NCBI GenBank assembly: GCA_003159795.1
Contig: PLPK01000052.1
Location: forward strand, 1-62,482
Direction: 5' to 3'
DNA: 62,482 nt
DNA from: Acidimicrobiaceae bacterium
Lineage (GTDB): Bacteria; Actinomycetota; Acidimicrobiia; Acidimicrobiales; Bog-793
The first letter of the stretch is position 1. Each line of letters starts with the position of its first letter. Made by a program: the position numbers and the translations under genes. Positions 10,079 to 20,702 of the stretch are shown one piece after another. Under the pieces are notes generated by a model. It made no database searches. It was given only the letters and a program-made list of their open reading frames with translations, and was not told where the DNA came from.

Positions 10079-11590
10079 TTGATGGTAGTTCCGAGAGAGG
10101 ACTTCGCGGCGCTGCCGTTCGACGCGCTCCGGTCCGCCGCGCTCGACAGGGCGTCATCGCTGGGGTGCCGTCATGCCGATCTGCGCATCGAGCGGATCCG
10201 CACCCAGTCGGTGATGCTGCGGGACGCGCGCCTCGAGGGTGCTGTCGACGACCTCACGCTCGGCATGGGGGTCCGCGTCGTGCGCGACGGGGCGATCGGC
10301 TTCGCGGCCACGATCGAGATCGATCCGGCGGCGGCCGCGAATCTCGTCGAGCGCGCCAGCGAGGCGGCGGCGATCACCGCACGGGCTGGCGGGGAGGCGG
10401 TCGAACTCGCCGAGGAGCCCGACCACGGCAAGGTCGAGTGGACGGCACCGTACCGGATCGACCCGACCGAGGTGCCGCTCGCCGAGAAGGTGGCTCTCCT
10501 CGGCGCCTGGAGCGCCGACCTGCTCGCCGCCCCGGGCGTCGATCACGTCACGGCGGCCCTGCTCTGCGTGGCGGAGGAGAAGTATTTCGCCAACCTCGTT
10601 GGCACCGTCGCGCGCCAGCGGCGGGTGCGGCTCGAGCCGCACCTCGAGGCGCTCGGCGTTGCCGACGAGACCTCGTCGTTTGAGACGATGCGAACCGTCG
10701 CCCCGCCAGCCGGCCGGGGCTACGAGTACCTCGAGGGCGACGGCTGGGACTTCGAAGCCGAGCTCGCCGAGATCCCTGGGCTGCTCGCCGAGAAGCTGCG
10801 GGCCCCGACCGTGGAGCCGGGCGCCTACGACCTCGTCATCGACCCGACGAACCTGTGGCTCACGATCCACGAGTCCGTCGGCCACGCCACCGAGCTCGAC
10901 CGGGCGCTCGGTTACGAGGCCGCCTACGCGGGGACGTCGTTCGCGACCCCCGACCAGCTCGGCCGGCTCCGCTACGGGTCCGGGCTCATGAACGTGACGG
11001 GGGACCGGACGGCTCCCTACGGGCTCGCCTCGATCGGCTACGACGACGAGGGGGTCGCCGCGCAGTCCTTCGACCTCGTCGCGGGGGGCCTGCTCGTCGG
11101 CTACCAGCTCGACCGCCGGATGGCCGCGGCGCGGGGCTTGGCCCGCTCGAACGGGTGCGCCTTCGCCGACTCACCGCTCAGCATCCCGATGCAGCGCATG
11201 GCGAACGTCTCACTCCGCCCCGCCGCCTCCCCGGGCCCGACGACCGACGAACTCATCGGAGGCGTCGACCGGGGCATCTACGTCGTCGGCGACAAGAGCT
11301 GGTCGATCGACATGCAGCGCTACAACTTCCAGTTCACCGGGCAGCGGTTCTTCCGGATCGAGAACGGGCGCCTCGCCGGGCAGCTGCGCGACGTCGCCTA
11401 CCAGGCGACGACGACGGACTTCTGGGGGGCGCTCGCGGCCCTCGGCGGCGAGTCGACCTACCTGCTCGGCGGGGCTTTCAACTGCGGCAAGGGCCAGCCG
11501 GGCCAGGTCGCGCCGGTAAGCCACGGCACGCCGAGCGCGCTCTTCGAACAGATCCGGGTGCTGAACACACGGGTGGAGTCGGGGCGATGA
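10079..11590 (+). CDS. tldD: TldD metalloprotease
   Basis: HESVGHATELDR (HExxGH), YDDEGV, QRMAN, NCGKGQPGQ. Confidence 0.9.
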   Translation: MMVVPREDFAALPFDALRSAALDRASSLGCRHADLRIERIRTQSVMLRDARLEGAVDDLTLGMGVRVVRDGAIGFAATIEIDPAAAANLVERASEAAAITARAGGEAVELAEEPDHGKVEWTAPYRIDPTEVPLAEKVALLGAWSADLLAAPGVDHVTAALLCVAEEKYFANLVGTVARQRRVRLEPHLEALGVADETSSFETMRTVAPPAGRGYEYLEGDGWDFEAELAEIPGLLAEKLRAPTVEPGAYDLVIDPTNLWLTIHESVGHATELDRALGYEAAYAGTSFATPDQLGRLRYGSGLMNVTGDRTAPYGLASIGYDDEGVAAQSFDLVAGGLLVGYQLDRRMAAARGLARSNGCAFADSPLSIPMQRMANVSLRPAASPGPTTDELIGGVDRGIYVVGDKSWSIDMQRYNFQFTGQRFFRIENGRLAGQLRDVAYQATTTDFWGALAALGGESTYLLGGAFNCGKGQPGQVAPVSHGTPSALFEQIRVLNTRVESGR

Positions 11591-12987
11591 CGGGCCGGGG
11601 CGGATCCGGGCTGCCCTCCGCGGCCACCGTCGTCGAGGAGGCGCTGGCAGCGTCGCGGGCCGCGGGGTGTGTCGTCATCGTCGACGACGTGAGCGAAGCC
11701 AACGTGCGGTTCGCCAACAACACGACGACGACGAACGGCGTGCGGCGGGACCGCCGGGTGACCGTCGTGAGCTTCGTCGACCAGCCCGCGGGCGTCAGTG
11801 CCGGGGTGGCCTCGGCGAGCGGCCCCGTCGAGATCGCCGGTCTCGTCGCCGCGGCGGAGTCGGACGCGGGGGCTTCCGAACCGGCCGAGGACGCCTCGCC
11901 GCTCGAGCCGACGGGTTGCGACGACTCGTTCGCCGAGCCGCCGGCGATGACCGACCTCGGCGTGTTCGCCGGGATCCTCGAGGACCTGCGCCCGGCGTTC
12001 GGCGCCGCCCGCGCCGAGGGGCGGGTGCTCGCCGGCTTCGCGATCCACGAGATGCGCACGACCTACCTCGGGACCTCGGCGGGGGGGCGACGCCGTCATG
12101 TCCAGCCGACGGGAGCCTTCGAGCTCGTCGCCCGCACGGCCGACGGCGCGGCGTCCACGTGGGCGGGGGTGGGCACGCCCGACTTCACCGACGTCTCGCT
12201 CGCCGACCTCGACGAGAAGCTCCAGCTGAGGCTCGGCTGGGCGAGGCGGAAGGTGGACCTCGAGCCCGGACGGCGGGAGGTGATCCTGCCGCCGGACGCC
12301 GTCGCCGACCTCGTGCTGGAGATGGACTTCGCGGCGAGCGGTCGGGAGGCCGAGGACGGGGGCACGGTGTACTCGGCGCCGGGGGGCCGCACCCGGCTCG
12401 GCGAGCAGCTCACGGGACTGCCCTTCGAGATGTGGGGCGACCCGGCGGCCGCGGGCCTCGAGTGCACGCCGTTCGTCGTCGCGGGCTCGTCGGGAGCCGA
12501 CACGTCGGTCTTCGACAACGGCCTGCCGATACCGCCGGCCCACTGGATCACCGGGGGCGCGCTTAGCCGCCTCCGCTACCACCGCGCCGGCGCCCGGCGC
12601 GGTGGTGCCGCCTTCGCCCCGCCGGCGGACAACCTGCTGCTCGCGCTCCCGGGGGCGGAGGGCTCCCTCGACGATCTCATCGCGCACACCAAGCGGGGCC
12701 TGTTGCTCACCTGCCTGTGGTACATCCGGGAGGTCGACCGCTCGACGCTCCTGCTCACCGGGCTCACGCGTGACGGGGTCTATCTCGTCGAAGACGGTGA
12801 GGTGGTGGGCGCCGTGAACAACTTCCGGTTCAACGAGAGCCCCATCGACGCGCTGGGGCGGACGATCGAGGCCAGCCGGAGTGAGCGGGCGCTCTCACGG
12901 GAGTGGCACGAGTGGGCGAACCGCACCGCGATGCCCGGATTGCGGGTCGCCGACTTCAACATGAGCTCGGTCAGCCCTGCGAGCTGA
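11587..12987 (+). CDS. tldE: TldE/PmbA family protein
   Basis: ATGA overlap with tldD stop; [30 protein letters not shown]. Confidence 0.85.
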   Translation: MTGRGGSGLPSAATVVEEALAASRAAGCVVIVDDVSEANVRFANNTTTTNGVRRDRRVTVVSFVDQPAGVSAGVASASGPVEIAGLVAAAESDAGASEPAEDASPLEPTGCDDSFAEPPAMTDLGVFAGILEDLRPAFGAARAEGRVLAGFAIHEMRTTYLGTSAGGRRRHVQPTGAFELVARTADGAASTWAGVGTPDFTDVSLADLDEKLQLRLGWARRKVDLEPGRREVILPPDAVADLVLEMDFAASGREAEDGGTVYSAPGGRTRLGEQLTGLPFEMWGDPAAAGLECTPFVVAGSSGADTSVFDNGLPIPPAHWITGGALSRLRYHRAGARRGGAAFAPPADNLLLALPGAEGSLDDLIAHTKRGLLLTCLWYIREVDRSTLLLTGLTRDGVYLVEDGEVVGAVNNFRFNESPIDALGRTIEASRSERALSREWHEWANRTAMPGLRVADFNMSSVSPAS

Positions 12988-13265
12988 GCGGCCGAGAGTG
13001 CCGCGACCGCACGGGTCGGTGTGAGCGAACGGGCGTGCGAGAGACATGAGCCCCGCCGGCGCGACGCCGCGTGCCGGGCACGCCCGGCACAAGTCTGCTG
13101 CGAAGGGGTTTGTGCGCGCCGAAGGCGGGTGCGCGTCGTCCCGGACCGCGCGCCGGTGCACCAAGATCGTCGTGCTCGCCGGCTCGCCGCATTCCGAGGT
13201 CGTCATCTCGAACATGCTTGAGGTCGTCCGGGTCGCGTGAGCCGAGGCGCCCGGGCGGCGCGGCG

Positions 13266-14069
13266 TCACACCCCCTCGTGGGGCCTTGGCAGGTGGCCGG
13301 GGCGGCGGCGGGGCAGGACGACGATCCCGCCGAAGCCGTCCTCGATGACGCGCAACTCGGCGCCGTAGTGCCCGGCGAGCGTGTCCTCGGTGAGGACGGC
13401 CTGGGCCGTACCCTCGGCGATCACACGCCCGGCGGCGAGGAGGGCGAGGCGGTCAGAGAACTCGCCGGCCAGCGTGAGGTCGTGCATCGCCGAGACGACG
13501 GTGAGCCGGCGTTCGTCGCGCAGCTCGTCGACGAGTTCGAGGACCCGCTGGCCGTGTCCGATGTCGAGCGCCGCCGTCGGCTCGTCGAGCAGCAACAGCG
13601 GCGCCTGCTGGGCGAGCGCCCGGCCGAGCACGGCGCGCTGCGCCTCGCCTCCGGAGAGCGAGCCGAGTTCACGGTCACCCAGCGCGTCGAGTCCGAGGCG
13701 GGCGAGGACGCTCGCGACGACGGCGCGGTCGCGGCGGTCCTCCGTGCCGAAGAGCGCGATGTACGGGGTCCGCCCGAGCGCCACGTAGTCGCAGACGATC
13801 ATCGCCGCCGGGAGGGTCGGCCGTTGCGGGACGTAGGCGATGAGCCGGGCGAGGCGCCTCCGGCGGGCGGTGTCGAGCGGCTCGCCGTCGAGCCGCACCT
13901 CGCCGCCGAAGTCGACGAGACCGGCGATCGCGCGCAGAAGCGTCGTCTTGCCGCTCCCGTTCGGCCCGATGAGGCAGAGCCAGCCGCCCTCCGCGACGGC
14001 GAGCGAGATCCCGGAGAGGACCTCGTGGCCGGCGTAGGCGACGCGGAGACCGGCGACGTCGAGCCTCAC
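13266..14069 (-). CDS. btuD: Cobalamin/siderophore ABC transporter ATPase
   Basis: GPNGSGKTT, LSGGEAQR, LLLDEPT; GTGA overlap with permease stop. Confidence 0.88.
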   Translation of the reverse strand: MRLDVAGLRVAYAGHEVLSGISLAVAEGGWLCLIGPNGSGKTTLLRAIAGLVDFGGEVRLDGEPLDTARRRRLARLIAYVPQRPTLPAAMIVCDYVALGRTPYIALFGTEDRRDRAVVASVLARLGLDALGDRELGSLSGGEAQRAVLGRALAQQAPLLLLDEPTAALDIGHGQRVLELVDELRDERRLTVVSAMHDLTLAGEFSDRLALLAAGRVIAEGTAQAVLTEDTLAGHYGAELRVIEDGFGGIVVLPRRRPGHLPRPHEGV

Positions 14070-15157
14070 GGCTGCCGCCTCGACTGGCGCAGGACGACGA
14101 GGAAGAACGGCGCGCCGACAAAGGCGGTGACGACGCCGAGCGGCACCTCGGCGGGAGAGAGGACGGTCCGGGCGACGAGGTCGGCGAGGATGAGGAAGGC
14201 GGCGCCGACGAGGATCGACAGCGGCAGGATCCGCCGGTAGCTCGGGCCGACGACGAGGCGCACCGTGTGCGGCACGATGATGCCGACGAAGCCGACGAGC
14301 CCGCTCACCGCGACGACGGCCGCCGTGGCGAGCGTCGAGGCGACGACGACGAGGAGCCGCACGCGGTTGGCCCGCACGCCGAGGCTGTCGGCCTCCTCGT
14401 CGCCGACGGCCATCACGTCGAGGAGGCGTCGCGAGGCGAGGAGCACGGCGCCGCAGACAGCGACGTAGGGGATGACGAGCCCGACCTCCTGCCAGTCGGC
14501 CGTCGAGAGCCCGCCGAGGATCCACGAGTAGACCTGCATGAGCGTCGGCGTGTTGCGCTGCTGGGTGTAGGTCTGGATCGCCGTGAAAAAGGACCCGACG
14601 GCGACACCAGCGAGGATGAGGCTCGTCGTCGTGCGCTGCCGCTGGCCCGAGCGGCCGAGGACGTAGGTGAGGGCGACGGCGACGAGCGCGCCCAGGAAGG
14701 CGGCGAGCGGCACGGGGTCGACCGCCCACGTCGTCGGGTCCGAGACCTCCGCGACGGCGATCGTCGCGCCGAGCCCCGCCCCGGCCGCCACGCCCAGCAG
14801 GTACGGGTCAGCGAGCGGGTTCTGGAACACCCCCTGGTAGGAGGCGCCGGCCATCGCCAGGGTCGCGCCGACGATCGCGCCCAGAACGACCCGCGGGGCG
14901 CGGATCTGCCAGACGATCCCGGCGTCGAGCGCCGAGACGTGGCTGTGGAAACCGAGCAGCTTCGAGGCGAGCACTTCGAGGACCGTGCCCGGAGACAGGT
15001 CGGCCGGTCCGACGAGCACGGAGAGGAGCGCCGCCCCGACGAGCACGAGGCACGCGCCGGCCAACAACCAGCCGCCCAGCCGCGACGATGAGCGCCCGGG
15101 TCGCGCCGGTGCGCCGGGTCGGCTGGTCAGCCCTGGCGGTGCCGTTTGATCCTCCAC
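14066..15157 (-). CDS. btuC: FecCD/BtuC ABC permease
   Basis: IRAPRV, QNPLADPYLLG, GFVGIIVPH, GAPFF; start approximate. Confidence 0.88.
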   Translation of the reverse strand: MEDQTAPPGLTSRPGAPARPGRSSSRLGGWLLAGACLVLVGAALLSVLVGPADLSPGTVLEVLASKLLGFHSHVSALDAGIVWQIRAPRVVLGAIVGATLAMAGASYQGVFQNPLADPYLLGVAAGAGLGATIAVAEVSDPTTWAVDPVPLAAFLGALVAVALTYVLGRSGQRQRTTTSLILAGVAVGSFFTAIQTYTQQRNTPTLMQVYSWILGGLSTADWQEVGLVIPYVAVCGAVLLASRRLLDVMAVGDEEADSLGVRANRVRLLVVVASTLATAAVVAVSGLVGFVGIIVPHTVRLVVGPSYRRILPLSILVGAAFLILADLVARTVLSPAEVPLGVVTAFVGAPFFLVVLRQSRRQP

Positions 15158-16083
15158 AGCGCGGCTTCGATGTCCCGGGCGAGCACGACGACGCGCGGTC
15201 CCCAACGCGAGGCGATGTCGTCATCGAGACCCACGACGTCGCCGTTGCGCACCGCCGCGACAGCGCGCCATCCCGGGCGGGCGGCGACGGTGCGCGCCGA
15301 CTGGTCACAGCAGATCGTGTCGGCGAGGAAGATGATCCGCGGGTTGGACTTCACGATGTACTCGTCCGAGAGCTGGGGGTAGCCGCTGGAGGCCCCTTGG
15401 GCGGCATCGGCGATGTTGTGCAGCCCGAACATCTTGAACAGCTGGCCGACGTAGGTGGACGAGGTCACCGAGTAGAAGTCGGGCTCGAGCTCGAAGTAGT
15501 ACGTGGGCGGGGTTGTGAACCGCGGCGCCGAGGCGACGGTGGCGGCGATCTGGCGCCGCATCCGGCGCACGAGCGCCCCGGCGGCCGCCTCGTGGCCGGT
15601 CACCCGCCCGAGTGAGCTGATCTGAGAGTAGGTGCCACCGAGGTTCGTCGCCGCCGGCTCGAGCAGCACGGGTACGCCGAGCGCGCTGAGCGACTTCACG
15701 AACCCCTGGGGGTCGTAGGAGACGACGACGAGGTCGGGGTCGTAGCGTGCGAGGGCCTCGATGTTCGGCTCCAGGCCCGAGAGCGAGGTGCGCGGCGCCG
15801 ACGCAGGGTAGTCGGAGTCGTCGTCGACGGCGACCACCTGGTGGCCGGCCCCGATCGCGAAGAGCATCTCGGTCGCTGTCGGCGAGAGCGAGATGATCCG
15901 GTCCGGGGGCTTGTTCCTCGTGGCGCGGGCACTCGCCAGGGCCGCGCCGCCCGCCGTGGTGAGCGACGCGGCCAGCGCACCCAGGGCGAGGAGCGCGAGG
16001 CCGTGCCGGGCCGCCCGGGCCCACGACGGGTGTCGCACGGCGCGGCGCGCGCGTGCCTCGGCATATCGGTCGTACTGGGTCAC
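15127..16083 (-). CDS. btuF: Cobalamin ABC substrate-binding protein
   Basis: Signal peptide, RIISLSPTATEMLFAIG, SRWGPR; downstream of B12 riboswitch. Confidence 0.85.
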   Translation of the reverse strand: MTQYDRYAEARARRAVRHPSWARAARHGLALLALGALAASLTTAGGAALASARATRNKPPDRIISLSPTATEMLFAIGAGHQVVAVDDDSDYPASAPRTSLSGLEPNIEALARYDPDLVVVSYDPQGFVKSLSALGVPVLLEPAATNLGGTYSQISSLGRVTGHEAAAGALVRRMRRQIAATVASAPRFTTPPTYYFELEPDFYSVTSSTYVGQLFKMFGLHNIADAAQGASSGYPQLSDEYIVKSNPRIIFLADTICCDQSARTVAARPGWRAVAAVRNGDVVGLDDDIASRWGPRVVVLARDIEAALWRIKRHRQG

Positions 16084-16215
16084 ATCCCGCTCCTCCTGGC
16101 CGAACGCGCGGCCTGCCGGTCGGCCTCACCGGCCAGGAGCGGGGTCACCTCCGGCGAGGTTCCGGAGGCACTGCACCGTGCAGTCGCCAACCCTGACGCG
16201 AGGTCCGACATCTTG

Positions 16216-16387
16216 CCGAGGCAGGTCTCCTGACTCCCGGATCAACGCTCGCCCGTGCCTTCCCAGGACCCGTGTCCCAGTGGCGTCGCTCGGGTTCGCT
16301 CCCCGGTCACAGTGGCGCGACCGTGCCGGATTCCCACCGGCTTCCCTTTTCAGCCCCCGGCTCAACGTTGCCGGCGGCCACCTCGGG
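16216..16387 (-). ncRNA. Cobalamin riboswitch
   Basis: Minus strand: AAAAGGGAAGCCGGTGGGAATCCGGCACGGTCGCGCCACTGTGA...GCCACTGG...GGGAAGG...AGTCAGGAGACCTGCC; upstream of the btuFCD-like operon. Confidence 0.93.
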
Positions 16388-16411
16388 TGCTACGCAAATC
16401 GTGCAGCGGCG

Positions 16412-17353
16412 TCATTCTGCACGGCGCGCCCCGGGGCCGCAACCGTTTCGGGGGCGGATAGCGGAGACTTCTGTGGGCGCGGTCTCGGCCACTGGCGCAG
16501 CGGCGAGCCCGCGTCGGCGGGCGTCGCGGCGGCCGAGGGCGACGAAGATGGTCGTGGCGGTCGCCGCGTAGGCGAGATAGGCGAGAAGCTGCAGCGCCGT
16601 CGGCTGGTCGGCGTAGCCGACTAGGGAGTGGAAGACGTCACCGAGCGAGGAACCCTCTGACAGCTGGCTGCTCGTGTCCCACAGGCGACCTGACAAAACG
16701 TGGACCCAGCCGAGTTGCTGGAGGTTCTCGACGATGTCGGCGACGAGGCCGGCGGCGAAGACCATGAGCACCGTCCCGATGACGGTGAAGAACACACCGA
16801 GGTTGATCCGCCGGCCGAGCCGGAAGACGGCAAGAGAGAAGGCGAGGGCGCAGGCGAGCCCGCCGGTGGCGCCAAGCAGCGTGCCGTGCGTCCCGGCGGC
16901 GAAGACGATCGCCAGGGTGAATACGGCCGTCTCGAGCCCCTCGCGCCCGACCGCCTGGAACGCGAGCAGTCCGAGGCCGTAGCGCTCCCGCCTGCCGAGG
17001 GCACGGTCGGCGCGCGCCGCGAGGTCACGTGACATCGAGCGGGCGTGCCGGCGCATCCAGAAGGTCATGTAGGTGAGCACGACGACGGCGAGCGCGTAGG
17101 TCGCCGTCTCGAAGACGGTCTGGACCCGCGAGCCGTCGTAGGAGTGGATCGTGTAGTAGGCGGCGAAGCCGCCGGCGGTCGCGAGCCCGGCCGCGAGGCC
17201 GACGCCGACGAAGACGTCGCGGAAATGGCGGCGCTGCCCGATCCGGTCGAGGTACGAGCAGAGGATCGCGACGATGATGCTCGCCTCGGTGCCCTCGCGA
17301 AGGAAGATGACGAACGCCGCGAGCAATGGCCCCCCTCTCAATGTCAAGTACAC
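16412..17353 (-). CDS. FTR1/EfeU family iron permease
   Basis: Two REGxE motifs (REGTE, REGLE), about 7 TM helices. Confidence 0.88.
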   Translation of the reverse strand: MYLTLRGGPLLAAFVIFLREGTEASIIVAILCSYLDRIGQRRHFRDVFVGVGLAAGLATAGGFAAYYTIHSYDGSRVQTVFETATYALAVVVLTYMTFWMRRHARSMSRDLAARADRALGRRERYGLGLLAFQAVGREGLETAVFTLAIVFAAGTHGTLLGATGGLACALAFSLAVFRLGRRINLGVFFTVIGTVLMVFAAGLVADIVENLQQLGWVHVLSGRLWDTSSQLSEGSSLGDVFHSLVGYADQPTALQLLAYLAYAATATTIFVALGRRDARRRGLAAAPVAETAPTEVSAIRPRNGCGPGARRAE

Positions 17354-17354
17354 C

Positions 17355-17369
17355 TGATAATAAGTGTCC
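17355..17369. promoter_or_regulatory. Candidate Fur-family (Fur/Zur/PerR) box
   Basis: TGATAATAAGTGTCC, 11/15 match to TGATAATGATTATCA, immediately upstream of the FTR1 start in an AT-rich gap. Confidence 0.45.
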
Positions 17370-17488
17370 AGTCAACCTGAAATTCGTGGTTAACTGGTTA
17401 TGGCGCGGGCGGGCCCCGGCCTCGTCCACGTATCGTGGGCCGGCGGGCAGTCGCGGTCGGGCCCAGCTGGCCCTGGAGGAGGACGGGC

Positions 17489-17971
17489 ATGACGATCGCG
17501 GTGGGAGAGCGGATTCCGGATGTCGAGCTCCGCATCATGGGGGAGGACGGCCCCAAGCCCGTGCGCAGCACCGAGGTGTTGGGCCACGGGAAAGTTGTCC
17601 TATTCGGGCTGCCGGGAGCGTTCACTCCGACGTGCACGGACTTCCACCTGCCGGGCTTCGTCTCGCGGGCCGGGGAGTTCCAGGCGAAGGACGTCGAGCT
17701 CATCGCCTGCGTCTCGGTGAACGACGCCTGGGTGATGGACGCCTGGGCCTCGTACCGCCGGGTCGGCGGCAAGGTGCTGATGCTCGCCGACGGCAACGGC
17801 GAGTTCACGCGGAAGCTCGGCCTCGAGGAGGACCTGTCGGCCAAGGGCCTGGGCATGCGCTCGCAGCGCTACGCGGCCGTGCTGGAAGACGGCGTCGTCA
17901 CCTACCTGGGGATCGAGCCGGGCCCGGGGCTCTCGGTGAGCGGCGCCGAGGCGGTGCTCGCCGCCCTTTGA
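17489..17971 (+). CDS. Peroxiredoxin (Prx5 family)
   Basis: PGAFTPTC, SVNDAWVMDAW, LADGNGEF, RSQRYA; GGAGGA RBS. Confidence 0.92.
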   Translation: MTIAVGERIPDVELRIMGEDGPKPVRSTEVLGHGKVVLFGLPGAFTPTCTDFHLPGFVSRAGEFQAKDVELIACVSVNDAWVMDAWASYRRVGGKVLMLADGNGEFTRKLGLEEDLSAKGLGMRSQRYAAVLEDGVVTYLGIEPGPGLSVSGAEAVLAAL

Positions 17972-18021
17972 GGACCGGTCCCGCACGGAGGCGGCGGGGG
18001 ACCGGCGATGTTGACATAATT

Positions 18022-18037
18022 GTGAGTGATCACTAAC
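18022..18037. promoter_or_regulatory. Palindromic operator candidate for the TetR gene
   Basis: GTGAGTGATCACTAAC with perfect core AGTGATCACT, just after TTGACA (18011-18016). Confidence 0.55.
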
Positions 18038-18042
18038 GCGGG

Positions 18043-18669
18043 GTGGTGGTAGCCACGCCAGGTGCCAAATCGCCGGACCGCAAACGCAGCGGTCTGCGCA
18101 TGACCGCCGACGAGCGGCGGGGCGCCGTGTTGCAGGCCGCGCTGGGGATTTTCGCCCGGGACGGGATCAACGGGGCGTCGACCGAAGAGATCGCTGCCGC
18201 GGCGGGGATCTCGCAGCCCTACCTTTTCCGGCTCTTCGGGACGAAGCGCGAGCTTTTCCTCGAGACGGTGGCACTCGGTTGCGCGGCGATCATCCGGGCG
18301 TTCAAGCAGGCGAGCGAGGGCCTCGAGGGCGCCAAGGCGCTCGAGGCGATGGGCCGGAGCTACCCGACGCTCATCGCCGACCAGAACCTGCTGCTTATCC
18401 AGTTGCAGGCCTACGCCGCGGCCGGTGAGCCGGAGATCCGCCAGTTCACCTCGGAGCAGTTCACCGGCATCGTCCAGTACGTCGCGAACCGCACGGGCCT
18501 GGGACCGGCGGCGATGCGGGAGTTCTTCGCGACGGGGATGCTCCTCAACCTCGTCGCGGCCCTCGGCCTGATGGACCTCGACGAACTCTGGGGCGACCTG
18601 CGGTACGACCCGGACATGATGGCGGTCCACCAGCGTTTCGGCGCGCCCCCCTTCGACCCGGCGGGGTGA
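18043..18669 (+). CDS. TetR family transcriptional regulator
   Basis: STEEIAAAAGISQPYLFRLFGTKRELF HTH. Confidence 0.9.
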   Translation: MVVATPGAKSPDRKRSGLRMTADERRGAVLQAALGIFARDGINGASTEEIAAAAGISQPYLFRLFGTKRELFLETVALGCAAIIRAFKQASEGLEGAKALEAMGRSYPTLIADQNLLLIQLQAYAAAGEPEIRQFTSEQFTGIVQYVANRTGLGPAAMREFFATGMLLNLVAALGLMDLDELWGDLRYDPDMMAVHQRFGAPPFDPAG

Positions 18670-18734
18670 GGACGTTGCCGGCTGCGCCGCCGCGCGCCGG
18701 GGGACGGGCCCGGCCGACCGATTAGATTCGCGGC

Positions 18735-19652
18735 ATGGTGAGCAAGCACGAGATGACAGCCAAGGACTCAGCGGGCCGTGTGACGGGGACCGACCGGGTG
18801 AAGCGCGGCCTCGCCGAGATGCTGCGTGGTGGCGTGATTATGGACGTCGTCACGCCCGAGCACGCCAAGATCGCCGAGGACGCCGGCGCCGTCGCCGTGA
18901 TGGCGCTCGAGCGGGTGCCCGCCGACATCCGCCGGGACGGCGGTGTCGCGCGCATGAGCGATCCGGCCCTCATCGAGGCGATCAAGGCGGCGGTCACGAT
19001 CCCCGTCATGGCCAAGGCGCGTATCGGGCACTTCGCCGAGGCGCAGATCCTCCAGGCACTCCAGGTCGACTACATCGACGAGAGCGAGGTCCTCACCCCG
19101 GCCGACGAGGCGTACCACATCGACAAGTGGGGCTTCGAGGTGCCCTTCGTCTGCGGCGCGACGAACCTCGGCGAGGCGTTGCGGCGAATCTCGGAGGGCG
19201 CGGCGATGATCCGCTCGAAGGGCGAGGCCGGATCGGGCAACATCGTCGAGGCGGTGCGCCACCTGCGGTCGGTCCTCGGCGACATCCGGGCCATCGCGAC
19301 CTGCGATGCCACCGAGCGCTACGGGTGGGCGAAGCAACTCCAGGCCCCGGTCGGTCTCGTCCAGGAGATCGCCGAGACGGGCCGGCTGCCGGTCCCGTTG
19401 TTCTGCGCTGGCGGTATCGCCACCCCGGCCGACGCCGCCCTCGTGATGCAGCTCGGCGCCGAGGCGGTCTTCGTCGGCTCGGGGATCTTCAAGAGCGAGG
19501 ACCCGGCTGTCCGCGCCCGGGCGATCGTCGAGGCGACGGCGCACTTCCGCGACCCCGAAATCCTCGTCAAGGTGTCGCGCGGCCTCGGGACGCCGATGAA
19601 GGGTGCCGAGATCTCGACCCTCGAGACGAGGCTCGCCGAACGCGGCTGGTGA
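18735..19652 (+). CDS. pdxS: Pyridoxal 5'-phosphate synthase lyase subunit
   Basis: [42 protein letters not shown]. Confidence 0.97.
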   Translation: MVSKHEMTAKDSAGRVTGTDRVKRGLAEMLRGGVIMDVVTPEHAKIAEDAGAVAVMALERVPADIRRDGGVARMSDPALIEAIKAAVTIPVMAKARIGHFAEAQILQALQVDYIDESEVLTPADEAYHIDKWGFEVPFVCGATNLGEALRRISEGAAMIRSKGEAGSGNIVEAVRHLRSVLGDIRAIATCDATERYGWAKQLQAPVGLVQEIAETGRLPVPLFCAGGIATPADAALVMQLGAEAVFVGSGIFKSEDPAVRARAIVEATAHFRDPEILVKVSRGLGTPMKGAEISTLETRLAERGW

Positions 19653-19653
19653 G

Positions 19654-20355
19654 ATGGCGGCAGAACCGAAGCGCGCGGCCCCGGGCCGCGCTGTCGTCGT
19701 CGCCGCCCCGGTGATCGGGGTCCTCGCCCTCCAGGGTGATGTTTCGGAACACGTCGGGATGTTGCAGGCGCTCGGGGTCGGCGTCGCCGAGGTCCGCCTG
19801 CCCCGGGACCTCGCCGGGGTCGACGCGCTGGTGCTGCCCGGTGGGGAGTCGACGACGCTCCAGCTGCTCCTCGAGGCAGCGGGCCTGCGGGATGTCATCG
19901 CCGCCCGGATCGCGGCAGGGATGCCCGTGCTTGGCACGTGCGCGGGGATGATCCTCCTGGCGACGACCGTGCTCGACGGGAGGCCAGATCAGTGGAGCTT
20001 CGGCGCCATCGACCTTGCCGTGCGCCGCAACGCCTTCGGGCGCCAGGTCGCCTCGTTCGAGGAGGATCTCGACCTCGCCGGCATCGGCGGCGGACCTCTC
20101 CACGCGGTGTTCATCCGCGCGCCCGTCGTCGAGACGGTCGGGAGCGGCGTCGAGGTGCTCGCCACCATTTCGATGTCCGATGACGGCGCACACCCCGTCG
20201 CCTGCCGCCAGGGGCGGGTGACCGTGACGGCCTTCCACCCCGAGCTCGTGGGGGACCACCGCCTGCACGAGCTGCTCGTCGCCGACGCTGCGGCGGTCAC
20301 CGCACATCAGGTTCCCCGAAGTTCAGGCTCGGGTGCGGGTCGCCGACGGCACTAG
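19654..20355 (+). CDS. pdxT: PLP synthase glutaminase subunit
   Basis: GVLALQGD, PGGESTT, GTCAG, RNAFGRQ, FIRAP, FHPE. Confidence 0.95.
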   Translation: MAAEPKRAAPGRAVVVAAPVIGVLALQGDVSEHVGMLQALGVGVAEVRLPRDLAGVDALVLPGGESTTLQLLLEAAGLRDVIAARIAAGMPVLGTCAGMILLATTVLDGRPDQWSFGAIDLAVRRNAFGRQVASFEEDLDLAGIGGGPLHAVFIRAPVVETVGSGVEVLATISMSDDGAHPVACRQGRVTVTAFHPELVGDHRLHELLVADAAAVTAHQVPRSSGSGAGRRRH

Positions 20356-20670
20356 GCGCCACGGCACCCCGGCCCGCACGTGCTTGTCCGCGTGGAACCG
20401 CCGAGGTCTGGAGGCCCCGCGGAGGAGCTCGTCATCACCGCGGACGGCACAGTGCCGTCCATCCGGCCGGGAGGTCTGGGCCAGCCGATTTGGATCTCGC
20501 CCGCGTGGCTCGCAGGTTCTCGGGCGCCTTGCCGGCCGGCATCGTCACCGACCAGGCGCGTCCGGGCGACGCCTCGAATCAGATCGTCCGCACGTTCTGG
20601 AACCCGCAGCTCCTGTCGACAGCGTGGTTCGCCGAGTCCGACAGGTCCCTCGGTCGGGGGATGTTGCTGT

Positions 20671-20692
20671 ATAGTACTAGAAATAGTAGTAT
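20671..20692. promoter_or_regulatory. Inverted-repeat operator upstream of YtrA-like GntR
   Basis: ATAGTACTA-GAAA-TAGTAGTAT (one mismatch), very AT-rich for this genome, 10 bp before the ATG. Confidence 0.6.
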
Positions 20693-20702
20693 CATAAACA
20701 CC

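Noticed and set aside
10855-11586. N-terminal extension of the 710-aa TldE ORF
   Set aside because: Off-frame overlap with tldD; the real start is ATG 11587.
13208-13223. TCGAACATGCTTGAGG as a third LexA box
   Set aside because: The right half does not fit GTTC at N4 spacing, and it is not upstream of a gene.
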